The notes beneath the pieces were generated by a model. The model saw nothing but the letters and a program-made list of their open reading frames with translations. It ran no database searches and was not told the DNA's origin. The position numbers and the translations under genes were made by a program. From a virus, in the IMG/VR virus record IMGVR_UViG_3300032397_000003, positions 32,001-96,000 of that record: a DNA stretch of 64,000 nt; one strand, 5' to 3'. Below are positions 22,517 through 32,330 of this stretch, piece by piece; within the stretch, counting starts at the first letter, position 1, and each line of letters opens with the position of its first letter.

Positions 22517-23605
22517 ATGTCAATCAAATTAAAAAAAGAACAATTAGGCTTCATGGAGAAATATGCACTTTGTGTGGACACCAAAATGGCGGTACATGAG
22601 AAATTTCAAATATCCTGTAAAGATAATAAACTTACATTTTCACAAAAAAGTAATGTAGGATATCTAATTACTGAATTAGATTATATATCACCTGATCAGG
22701 GTAGTGTTGTATTTGATACAGTAACATTCGTATCTCTTATAAAATCTATTCCGGATCATACTGAAATAACTATTACAGAAAAGGGAATAGAATTTCTTAA
22801 AAATTCTTACGATATAGTAAACACTGATATGGAACTTGGTGATGTTGATGAGTTTATCAAAACTACAACAGAAACAAATGAAAAATTTAATTTAAAAGAT
22901 ATTGAATTATTTTCAAAGATTAAAGAATACTCAAGTGGTGATAATCTTGATACTGTTTCTTATCAAAGTAATTATTTTGCAACTTCTAATAGAAGTTATG
23001 TAACAGCCCTAGTAAAAGTAAAAGATTTCGTATTGAAAGATGATTTTAATTTTTCTCTTGATACTTTTATGTTGTTGACTACGTTTAAAGTAAAAGAAAT
23101 AGAGATAGTAAAGACAGATGACTTTTACTTTTTTAAACTTGATGGTACATTTGTATTTATACCAAAGAAGGATTATATTCTTCCTAATATGTTTCAAGAT
23201 GGAATTAAAGAGATGTATGAACATCCTTATAAGTTTACAGTACTTAAATCAAGTATCAAAGAAACACTGAATAGGATGAAGATTGTTGCAAGAAATAATA
23301 AAGAAGGTAGAATTTATCTTGAAGTAACTCCTACAACTTTAAATATTAAAAATACAGATACTCAGTTTGCACAAGAAGATATAAAAATGGAATCAGTAGA
23401 CAAAGAAATAGAATCCATAGTTATTCCAGTAGCAGTAAATTATCTCTCATCAGTAATTGATAAATGTGATGGTCAGTTTATTACTTTTTATTGTAGACCA
23501 GATATTGTAGATTCTATAACAGGGGATGTAGATGAGGCTGTATCAATGAAAGTAGAAGATGAAACTAAAAATTATTTTTATATTTTAAATCTATTGGAGA
23601 AATAA
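22517..23605 (+). CDS. dnaN: DNA polymerase III beta-type sliding clamp
   Basis: 362 aa; ATSNR, LPNM, AQEDI, VNYLSSVI, YILN terminal pattern; dnaX present at the window end. Confidence 0.7.
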   Translation: MSIKLKKEQLGFMEKYALCVDTKMAVHEKFQISCKDNKLTFSQKSNVGYLITELDYISPDQGSVVFDTVTFVSLIKSIPDHTEITITEKGIEFLKNSYDIVNTDMELGDVDEFIKTTTETNEKFNLKDIELFSKIKEYSSGDNLDTVSYQSNYFATSNRSYVTALVKVKDFVLKDDFNFSLDTFMLLTTFKVKEIEIVKTDDFYFFKLDGTFVFIPKKDYILPNMFQDGIKEMYEHPYKFTVLKSSIKETLNRMKIVARNNKEGRIYLEVTPTTLNIKNTDTQFAQEDIKMESVDKEIESIVIPVAVNYLSSVIDKCDGQFITFYCRPDIVDSITGDVDEAVSMKVEDETKNYFYILNLLEK

Positions 23606-23635
23606 TAGAGAAATGAATTTCAAGGAGGAAGTAAG

Positions 23636-24436
23636 ATGAAGGTTAATAGTTGGTTAGAAAATGAACAATTCATTTCAAAAATAAAATTTCATGACAAGTA
23701 CTATCTTGAGACTCTGTGTTTCAAGATAGCAGCTTTTCTAAAGAACGTTCCTGTGCCTGTATGCTCCACATGGGACGCTTCACATCAAAGTATATATTTT
23801 TCAATAGGAGATAATAAGCATTATCTTACTTTAGATACAAACATTTCTTATTATGATTTTGTAACTCTTATTGATAAGTGGACAAGAAATTTTTATCCTC
23901 AGTATAAAGTAGAAGTAGATACTGAGATAGAATATACTGACGAGGAGATTATGGAGTTGGTTAAAACAGGAGTAAATCTTAATGATGCCATCTTAATGAG
24001 AAAACCTTATTCATATATTGAAACAGGAATCATTGAAAAGATTTATATTAAGAGAGATGAATTTATATTTAATAAAGATGGAGAAAGAGAAATAAGGATG
24101 TCAGGTACGGGAGTTTCTAATGCCCTACCTCTTTCAAAATTTATGGAAGGTATAAGACAAATATCTAATGATGTAGAGAAGAAACAATATATAGAAGATA
24201 ATAGTAGAGTTGTACAGATTCTTAAGGATAGTAATAAAGAGATTATAATCAACTATAGCGGGAAGCAGCTCATAAATTTTTTCAGCATTAACTTCTCAGA
24301 TAATAAAAATGCCCCTCTAAATCAAATTGATGAGTTCCAATATCAGTGGGGAAATTTTAGAGTAATATTTGAGAGTAAGATTCTAAGAGATGATTGTTTA
24401 GCAGTGTATGCCAAGAAAGTAAGTAAGGAGAAGTGA
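23636..24436 (+). CDS. Hypothetical protein
   Basis: 266-aa ORF, GGAGG RBS. Confidence 0.65.
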   Translation: MKVNSWLENEQFISKIKFHDKYYLETLCFKIAAFLKNVPVPVCSTWDASHQSIYFSIGDNKHYLTLDTNISYYDFVTLIDKWTRNFYPQYKVEVDTEIEYTDEEIMELVKTGVNLNDAILMRKPYSYIETGIIEKIYIKRDEFIFNKDGEREIRMSGTGVSNALPLSKFMEGIRQISNDVEKKQYIEDNSRVVQILKDSNKEIIINYSGKQLINFFSINFSDNKNAPLNQIDEFQYQWGNFRVIFESKILRDDCLAVYAKKVSKEK

Positions 24437-24641
24437 TATGGGATTATTTGGATTTATAAAAGATATAGTTTTACTCCCGGTAGATGTTGTATTAGATGTA
24501 ACAATGGTTACTCCAATTGGTAGAATAGTATCAGATTCAAATAAAGAAACTCCTTTTGGAACTATTGATAGATTAGGATCTTTGGTTAAAAATTTGGATG
24601 AAACAAAAGATTGAAAGTTATCATTACTATAGGAGAAAGTC

Positions 24642-26504
24642 TTGTATTTAATTACATATGAAAAGAATAATTTTTACATCAACCCTACTTTTGAAGAGTT
24701 TGTAGATAGAGATGAGTTTGAATCAGTTGTTGTTTATCTACAACAACTTTTTCTTTACTTTGATCAGTCTACAAAAAAGTACAAGATAGCCACTGATAGA
24801 ATAGATGAAATTATCATGTGGTTAGAAAAGGATGGGCAGAAATATGAAATTTCAAATGCTTGTGCTGAACAACTTATAGTCATACAAAACGAATATAAGA
24901 AGAGAGAGGTTAAATTTTTTAGAGATGGAAAATTTGATCCCTCTGTATTAAATGAAGGGGTGGTTCCTTTTAATTATCAACTTGACTCAATCAATTGGAG
25001 TCTTAAAAGATCAAGGGTGCTTGACAGTCACGATGCAGGATTAGGAAAGACAATTATAAATATTTGTGTGTTCTCTACTCTTTATAAACAAGGTTTAATA
25101 GATGGTATTATTATAATCGTTCCTATTGGAATGGGCTTTCACTGGCAATGTCAAATATTAGAATTTGTAAATCAATTCCAAGATTCTGATATACAGATAA
25201 TTGATAATCAGTTAAAGATTCAACCATTTGAAAAATTTAAAGATAAGAAAATTTTAATTATAAGACAAGATTTATTAGCGGATACAATAGCTTCTTATAA
25301 TAAAGGGTTTACTCAAAAGAGTGAAGGTAAAAGAAAGTCATTAAAAAATCTTAAATGGAAAACTGCTGATTATGTTGATATAAAGAAACTATGGAAAAAA
25401 GAAAATATATTTCTTTTAGTTGACGAAGCCCATGGAATGAAACATAGTAGCTCCATTAAAACAAAAGCACTTCATTCTATTAAAAAGTATTTTGATTATA
25501 GATATTTACTCACAGCTACTCCAGCAATAAATGGTATGGAAGATTTATATTCTAATTTATCTTTCCTTGATCAGGGTATAATTCCGATGGGTGAACAAGC
25601 ATTTAAAATTTGGATATCAAATAGTCTGGGTAATAAATGGGACAAGTATGCAATAAATTCTTATAATACAGAAAATGTTCAAAAGTTAATGCAGTCTTAC
25701 CAACAGGTGTTTATACAAAAACGGAAAGAAGATATTCCTGAGATTAAAACTAAAAAAATATTTAATAGAATTGAAATACCCTTAACTACAATACAAAAAA
25801 GAATTTATGAATTAGTGGTTGAAGAGGAGTTAAGTATTCTACAACAAGAATATGAGGAAATTTCTTGGAGAGTGTTATTACAAAAACTTCATTTACTTTT
25901 AGAAGTTTTTGATAATCCAGAACTTCTTAAAAAAAGAACATATAGTAGTGAAGAGTTGATGAATTTAGTATCTAAATGGAAAATGGTTAATGATAATAAA
26001 TTTATAGCTTTAAAAAGTAGGGTAGAGGATATTATAGAGAATCAAAACTCTAAGGTAATAATTTATGACATACACCCGCAGACAATAGATTCATTAGCAG
26101 AACAATTTAAATCCTATAATCCACTTGTTATACATGGGGGATTGAAAGTGAAGGATATAAATATTGATAGAAAAGAAAAACAAGATTTATTTAATTTTGA
26201 TAAAAAACATAAACTAATGATTTTATCTATGTATACAAGTAGCCAAGGAATTAACTTACAACATGGTGGGAATCATATTTTATTTAATACCTTGAGCTGG
26301 GATGCAACACTTTTTGAACAAGCCCAGAATAGAACCGATAGAGCCACTTCAAAGAAAGACTCTTTAATTGAATTGTTCTACTATCCAAGAACACTTGATT
26401 CATTGCGTCTTAATAATAATCTAAATAGGATAGAATTGAATAGTAAAATGGATAAGAATTTAACCCAGCAAGATTTACAAAGATTGCTGCAGGGAGAAAT
26501 ATAA
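24642..26504 (+). CDS. SNF2-family SF2 helicase
   Basis: DAGLGKT, DEAH, LTATP, QGINLQ, QAQNRTDR. Confidence 0.9.
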   Translation: MYLITYEKNNFYINPTFEEFVDRDEFESVVVYLQQLFLYFDQSTKKYKIATDRIDEIIMWLEKDGQKYEISNACAEQLIVIQNEYKKREVKFFRDGKFDPSVLNEGVVPFNYQLDSINWSLKRSRVLDSHDAGLGKTIINICVFSTLYKQGLIDGIIIIVPIGMGFHWQCQILEFVNQFQDSDIQIIDNQLKIQPFEKFKDKKILIIRQDLLADTIASYNKGFTQKSEGKRKSLKNLKWKTADYVDIKKLWKKENIFLLVDEAHGMKHSSSIKTKALHSIKKYFDYRYLLTATPAINGMEDLYSNLSFLDQGIIPMGEQAFKIWISNSLGNKWDKYAINSYNTENVQKLMQSYQQVFIQKRKEDIPEIKTKKIFNRIEIPLTTIQKRIYELVVEEELSILQQEYEEISWRVLLQKLHLLLEVFDNPELLKKRTYSSEELMNLVSKWKMVNDNKFIALKSRVEDIIENQNSKVIIYDIHPQTIDSLAEQFKSYNPLVIHGGLKVKDINIDRKEKQDLFNFDKKHKLMILSMYTSSQGINLQHGGNHILFNTLSWDATLFEQAQNRTDRATSKKDSLIELFYYPRTLDSLRLNNNLNRIELNSKMDKNLTQQDLQRLLQGEI

Positions 26505-26561
26505 TTTCAGGTGATTTCTTACTAATAATAAAATACCTATATACTAAGAGGAAATTATATA

Positions 26562-27998
26562 ATGGCACTATATGAATCAAAATTTATTAGAGTTGAAGAG
26601 TCATTTTTAAAAGCAGATATACTAAAAGCCATATATCTGGCTAATAAGGTTATAAGCAGGAGAATAGGAGTAAAGATTTATACAGGAAGATTACCCATTG
26701 ATTTTATTACTTCTAAAGGAAAATTTTCAGGGCTAATGTGTCTTATTATAGGAAAGAAAATGATCAGGTACAATTGGGCTATAAATGACACTTCTTGTAC
26801 TATTACTTCTATAGATTTCTGGTTGAAAGGTATGACAGCAAGACCTACTTATAATCTTGAAACAGAAAGCCTTAATATAATTAAGTTAATAGATACAATA
26901 TCCTCAGTATTACAAAATGATATACAACCAGAGTATTCAGTAATAACAGAATCTTATAAAGGAAAAGTTACTGAAGATTTTACTCCTAAGACGGGTGGAG
27001 GGAAAAGTAAGGCTATATCAGATGCTTTAAAACAATGGGCGATTGATAAAGATGTATCAGACGATAGGCTACAGAATACAAGAATATCATATTTATATAA
27101 AGATTTTCAATTTTGGTTTCAGGAAATGGCTGGACCAGAATTTGAGAATATGTCTGAAATGACTTTTAGAAATTATATAATGAATTTTCTAAAAGATAGA
27201 GGATTAAAAAATATCTATATTCGCAATTTGATTTTACGAACAGGTAATAAAGAGAAAATAGTAGTTACAGATAAAGCCTCTGAGATAGCTTATCAAGATA
27301 TATCACATTTAGCTATGAATGTAGATGATATGAAAGAATTTATGGCAGATTCTTTAAGGGCAGTTGCAAGAGGATTCAGAACATCATTAATCATAGCAGG
27401 TAAGGCAGGATTTGGGAAAAGCTCCTTAACTGAAAAAATTCTAAAAGAAGAAGGAATGAGAGTTAAATCAGTTCAACAGATAAGAAATATAAAAGTGCTC
27501 TATAATTTATTTGCACAACATGGTGGCCCAAAAGATGTTATTTTACTGGATGATACTCCTGATACCTTTGATAAGAAATTTAGCGGTTACTTATCAGCAG
27601 CACTTGATGATAAACCTAAAAGAATAATTTCCTTTCCTAGTGAAATGGGGAAAGATATGCAGGATTTAAAAAAGTTTCAACCAGAACTTCTATATCAGGG
27701 TAAAATTGTAATCTTGACAAATAAAACCAAAAAAGAAATACCTACTTATTTAAAAAGTAGAAGTATTACTATAGAAGTTCAGGCTGACGTAAGTGCGATG
27801 AGCGATGACATCCGGAAAAATCTCCTAAATGTTTTACCCCAGGTTCCTATGGAGTCTAAATTGGAAGTTTTAGACTTTATTGAAAAATTAGGTAAACATA
27901 TTTCTTCCATAGATTATAGAACTTTTATGTTAGCCGTAGTTTTCAAATCAGCTGGATCACCCGATTGGAAAAAAAGAGTGTATGCGTTGCTTAAATAG
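26562..27998 (+). CDS. Protein with C-terminal AAA-type P-loop ATPase
   Basis: GKAGFGKS, ILLDD, ILTN, LKSRS. Confidence 0.75.
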   Translation: MALYESKFIRVEESFLKADILKAIYLANKVISRRIGVKIYTGRLPIDFITSKGKFSGLMCLIIGKKMIRYNWAINDTSCTITSIDFWLKGMTARPTYNLETESLNIIKLIDTISSVLQNDIQPEYSVITESYKGKVTEDFTPKTGGGKSKAISDALKQWAIDKDVSDDRLQNTRISYLYKDFQFWFQEMAGPEFENMSEMTFRNYIMNFLKDRGLKNIYIRNLILRTGNKEKIVVTDKASEIAYQDISHLAMNVDDMKEFMADSLRAVARGFRTSLIIAGKAGFGKSSLTEKILKEEGMRVKSVQQIRNIKVLYNLFAQHGGPKDVILLDDTPDTFDKKFSGYLSAALDDKPKRIISFPSEMGKDMQDLKKFQPELLYQGKIVILTNKTKKEIPTYLKSRSITIEVQADVSAMSDDIRKNLLNVLPQVPMESKLEVLDFIEKLGKHISSIDYRTFMLAVVFKSAGSPDWKKRVYALLK

Positions 27999-28136
27999 CT
28001 TATTTAAATCTTAGATAGATTTTGTCGAAGAGAATAAATACAAAATTCAATGGTATATTGATAATTACGAAAGATTAGAAGAAGAGTATTATATAAATAG
28101 ATTGGCTACTAATAAATAAAATTAAAGGAGAAGCCA

Positions 28137-29117
28137 TTGCATAATTTATTAGAGGAATTTAAAGGAAAAGATATATTTATGATTTCACACCAAGATCTGG
28201 ATGGTGTAGGAGCTATAATAGTTTATAAATATTATGTGGAACCCTATGCAAATAAATCATATATTTTTTCGGGTGGTCACGACGAGATAGATACCCTAGA
28301 ATTAGATGTATTCAACGAGTACAATTTAATTTTATTTACAGACATAGCACCAACAGAAGAATTATATAATGTTTTAATTAAATTAGGAAAAGAAGTTAAA
28401 GTGTTTGATCACCATCAATCATCGTACAATACATTATTGAATGTTATCAAGGAAGAAAATTATTATTATTCTACTGAAAAATGTGGTACTAAAATTTTCT
28501 TTGATGAATTAACTAAAGGAAGAAGAACAACTAAATGTGTACATCAATTTTGTGAGTTGGTGGACACGTACGACAGATGGCAAGAGTGTTCCGCTTTATG
28601 GAAGGATGGCAAAGCATTACATAATATCTTATGGGGCAGTGTCAATTGGTCTGCTACAAATAATTTAGATAAATATGAAAAATTTATTATAAACCAACTT
28701 GAGAAAATGCAGAAAGGTAAAAACTTTTATCTTACCGCTTATGAAAATAAATTAGCTCTCGCTGCTGAAGATAAAGAAAGAGAATTTTATATAAAAGCAA
28801 AAAGAGATATATCATTTCGAGTTGATAATGAAGGTAATAACTATGCATATTTTGAGTGCCCTTCCAAAACATCCCTTATTGCTAACCGCCTATTAAAGGA
28901 TTATAGTCAATTAAAATATATAGTAGGAAGAGGAACTTATGAAGATAAAGAAGGGACTTATGATAATTCTTTATCTCTTAGATCACTAGGAGAAACAGAT
29001 GTTTCTATCATTGCTGGATTACATGGTGGAGGAGGTCATCATAACAGTTCTGGTTGTTCTATAGATGATTATGAAAAATTCCTACAATTTAAATCTGGAA
29101 AAATTCATTTAATTTAG
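28137..29117 (+). CDS. DHH/DHHA1 phosphoesterase (NrnA-like)
   Basis: SHQDLDG, TD, FDHH, SLRS, GGGGH. Confidence 0.88.
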   Translation: MHNLLEEFKGKDIFMISHQDLDGVGAIIVYKYYVEPYANKSYIFSGGHDEIDTLELDVFNEYNLILFTDIAPTEELYNVLIKLGKEVKVFDHHQSSYNTLLNVIKEENYYYSTEKCGTKIFFDELTKGRRTTKCVHQFCELVDTYDRWQECSALWKDGKALHNILWGSVNWSATNNLDKYEKFIINQLEKMQKGKNFYLTAYENKLALAAEDKEREFYIKAKRDISFRVDNEGNNYAYFECPSKTSLIANRLLKDYSQLKYIVGRGTYEDKEGTYDNSLSLRSLGETDVSIIAGLHGGGGHHNSSGCSIDDYEKFLQFKSGKIHLI

Positions 29118-29177
29118 TATTTATTTTTTAATTTTGTAAGTTAATTCTATATATTATAAAAATAAGGAGAAATAAAA

Positions 29178-29549
29178 ATGGGACATTGGGGATTTGGTTA
29201 TGAGGAATCAGATACATATCTAGATATATTAGATTCTGTATTTGATCCAATAGTAAAAATAATAGAAGCGGACGAGTATTATCTTAATGAATATGTGGCT
29301 GCTTCAGGAATACTACTAGATTTATTATTAAATAGAAAATTAAGATATTCTCCTAATATGGATTTAGTTGAAACAGCAATAACTAATTTAATTGGTATTG
29401 CAAATGAAGGGGACTTATCTGATTGGAATCCTAATCAAGAAAGTAGAAAAGAGAGTATTCTTCTTTTAATTAAAGATTTAAAAAAGTTACACAAAAAGGA
29501 AAGTAGATCAACATCACTCTTCGATAAAATGATGGCAGATAATAAATGA
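29178..29549 (+). CDS. DUF4259-like protein
   Basis: MGHWGFG..ESD N-terminus. Confidence 0.5.
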   Translation: MGHWGFGYEESDTYLDILDSVFDPIVKIIEADEYYLNEYVAASGILLDLLLNRKLRYSPNMDLVETAITNLIGIANEGDLSDWNPNQESRKESILLLIKDLKKLHKKESRSTSLFDKMMADNK

Positions 29550-29983
29550 GTTTGGATGATAAGTTCTTAGGGAAGATTATTTCCTATAATCCAGACAGTG
29601 ATACACTTACTATTAAATTAAATTTCACTACGGAAGACAAAAAAGAAACTTTATTTGATTTATTTAAAAGTAATAAGATATTTTCTTTTGTTATAAGGAA
29701 AGCGTACAAAGAAACGAAGAGCACTGCACAAATTCGTACTTACTTTATGCTTCTTGGTCAAATACTTGACAAACTTGATATACCAAAAGATAAAGATGTT
29801 ATAGCTGAATTTGATAAACAGTTACTTACTACTTTATTTCCTTGTAGATTTATGGAAATTTTGGGGCAGAGCATACCCATTCCCCCGAGCAAAAGCGAGA
29901 TGTCAAAAGAAGATTTTTCTTTGCTAATTCAGAATATACTTGATACCTACAGTGCTTTAGATATTAAGATAGATAGTTATTAA
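29546..29983 (+). CDS. NinB-like protein
   Basis: KSTAQ...YF and SKSEMSKEDFSLLIQ motifs. Confidence 0.45.
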   Translation: MSLDDKFLGKIISYNPDSDTLTIKLNFTTEDKKETLFDLFKSNKIFSFVIRKAYKETKSTAQIRTYFMLLGQILDKLDIPKDKDVIAEFDKQLLTTLFPCRFMEILGQSIPIPPSKSEMSKEDFSLLIQNILDTYSALDIKIDSY

Positions 29984-30020
29984 GCTTATACTAATATAAA
30001 AAATAATTAGGAGAAGTTTA

Positions 30021-30626
30021 ATGATAAAATCAAGAATGGAAGAAATAATTGATCCAGAAGCTGTTACAACTGATGATAAAGATGAGATAGTAATTAAGCT
30101 TCCTAGACCTATTATAAATAATGATTTAATTATATCAATAGATGAAGATATTGAAGAACCCAGCAACTACAGAAAAGTATTTGAAGCTTTAAGATCAGCA
30201 AAAGAGGGTGATATAGCTTATTTAAATATAAATTCATTTGGTGGTTATATATGTACTATGGCACAATTTTTTCATTTTCTTTTAAACACCAAAGCACATA
30301 CAGTTGCAAATGTTTTTACTGCCTATTCTGCAGCAAGTGTGATTGCTTTATGTTGTGATGAGATAAATATATCACAGTTTGGATCGATAATGGTACACAG
30401 CATGAGCACAGGAACTTATGGAAAAATTTCCGACGTGGAAGGTTATTCTAAATTTGCTTTGAAACAAGATAAGGACATTGCGGATACTGTTTATCAAGGA
30501 TTCCTTACCAAAGCAGAAATTATAGAAACAAATAAAGGGAAAGAATTTTGGATGAATAAAAAAGAATGTGATTCAAGATTAAAAAATTATAAAACAGTAA
30601 AACAGAGATTTTTAAATAAAAAATAA
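30021..30626 (+). CDS. ClpP-like serine protease
   Basis: INSFGG, YSAAS, IMVH, EFWM. Confidence 0.8.
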   Translation: MIKSRMEEIIDPEAVTTDDKDEIVIKLPRPIINNDLIISIDEDIEEPSNYRKVFEALRSAKEGDIAYLNINSFGGYICTMAQFFHFLLNTKAHTVANVFTAYSAASVIALCCDEINISQFGSIMVHSMSTGTYGKISDVEGYSKFALKQDKDIADTVYQGFLTKAEIIETNKGKEFWMNKKECDSRLKNYKTVKQRFLNKK

Positions 30627-30857
30627 TAAAGAGGCTACAATGAAAGTATCTAAAGTGATAGAAAATTTGGAATATCTTAAAACAACTTATGGGGACTTAG
30701 AACTAGATATTTATCTAGAAGAGGATGAGGATGGTGAAATTCAATTAGACAATTTATTTTTTGCTACTGACTTGAATACTCTTACTATTCAAAATATTCC
30801 TTTTTAATTTTTAATATTTTTTCTATATATTATAAATAAATTCAGAAGGAAAAAGAA

Positions 30858-31592
30858 ATGCTTACATATGTTACTCAAGACGGTGACACTTTTGCTTATC
30901 ACTCAGAAGATTCATTGAGAGAGCAAAGAAAATTAAAATATGATTTGCACCTTGCTCAAAGCGGAATTCCTTCATTTTATTGGAATATCAACTTTGATGA
31001 TTATCAGGGGAGTAAAACAAATAAAGAATATCTTTACATAAAAAGGTATGCAGATAATTGTCATAAAAAAGAATTTAATCATATACACTTATTTATTTAT
31101 GGACTTCATAGTACTCAGAAGTCTGCACTTGCCTATAACATAGGGAAGGAAGCTATAAGAAATGGATTGAAAGTAAAATCTATTTTAGCAGGTACTCTTA
31201 TAGATAAGTTAATGAAATTACAAGGATTTAATTTTATACAAGAAATTTATAATGAAGTTAAGGAATTGAAAGAGTGTGACTTATTGATCGTTGACGATTG
31301 TTGGGATGTGGAAAAAGCAATGCATTGGAATGGTCTCAATAAAAATTTAATTATAGGTGAGTGGGATCAATTCTTTAGAGAGGTTTTAGCCTCCAATACT
31401 AAAATAGTAACTACATCAAACTACGATAAAAATAATATAGGACAACATTTTGGTAAATCAATTTTTGAACTTATTGATCGGAATTTTTTCCAAGTACATC
31501 TTACAGAATCTATTAAAGAAAAAAGAAAATTAAATGTTGCTCAAGTATTCGCTGATATAGAAAAACAAGAAGAGGTTAAAAGGAGGAGTTAA
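30858..31592 (+). CDS. DnaC/IstB-like helicase loader ATPase with degenerate Walker A
   Basis: SGIP...FDDY, GLHSTQKS, LLIVDD, TTSN. Confidence 0.75.
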   Translation: MLTYVTQDGDTFAYHSEDSLREQRKLKYDLHLAQSGIPSFYWNINFDDYQGSKTNKEYLYIKRYADNCHKKEFNHIHLFIYGLHSTQKSALAYNIGKEAIRNGLKVKSILAGTLIDKLMKLQGFNFIQEIYNEVKELKECDLLIVDDCWDVEKAMHWNGLNKNLIIGEWDQFFREVLASNTKIVTTSNYDKNNIGQHFGKSIFELIDRNFFQVHLTESIKEKRKLNVAQVFADIEKQEEVKRRS

Positions 31593-31760
31593 TATTGGAT
31601 ATTTATGAAAAGAAGTATACTGAATTAAAAGAAGAATTTGATATTAAATATGGTAATAAACAAGTTCAACCTTTTGAGGCAGTGGATTTAAAAATACAAT
31701 TTCTTGTAGATAAGCTTGTAGAAGTTTTAGTAGAAATAGATAAATTAAAAAGGTGAATAT

Positions 31761-32303
31761 ATGAACAATTTAAAAATCAAAACATTGTATCCATTTTCAG
31801 CTACATGGTTAGATTATCCAGATGCAGAAAGTTATGCTGTATATGTAAGTTCAATAGGATGTAATTTAAATTGTGGAGGATGTCATAATCAGATATTACA
31901 TGACTACAAAGCAGATGAAAAAAATGAATTTATAAAAACAAAAACATTTACTCTAAAAGAATTTCAAAGTGAACTACTAGATGTATGCTATAGGAATAAA
32001 ACTAATAAAGTTGTATTAGGTGGAGCAGATTTTCTATACAGAGAAAATATAGACTTTACAAGACAGTTTATAAAAAGTTATGGTAATGTATATAAGATAT
32101 GTTTATATACGGGGTATACTGCTGATCAGGTAAAAGCTAAAGATATTAAAGGATTTACATTTTTAAAGTGTGGAGCATATACGGAGAAGTTCAAACAAGA
32201 ACCAATAAAGACAGATAACTATATTCAACTAGCATCAACCAATCAGGAAATATATGATTCAAGATTTAATTGCCTATCCAGAAATGGAAGGATGCAGTTT
32301 TAA
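31761..32303 (+). CDS. nrdG: Anaerobic RNR activating radical-SAM enzyme
   Basis: GCNLNCGGCHN, LYTGY, STNQ; adjacent to nrdD. Confidence 0.88.
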   Translation: MNNLKIKTLYPFSATWLDYPDAESYAVYVSSIGCNLNCGGCHNQILHDYKADEKNEFIKTKTFTLKEFQSELLDVCYRNKTNKVVLGGADFLYRENIDFTRQFIKSYGNVYKICLYTGYTADQVKAKDIKGFTFLKCGAYTEKFKQEPIKTDNYIQLASTNQEIYDSRFNCLSRNGRMQF

Positions 32304-32330
32304 TTAAAATAATAAATGAGGAAGTAATAA

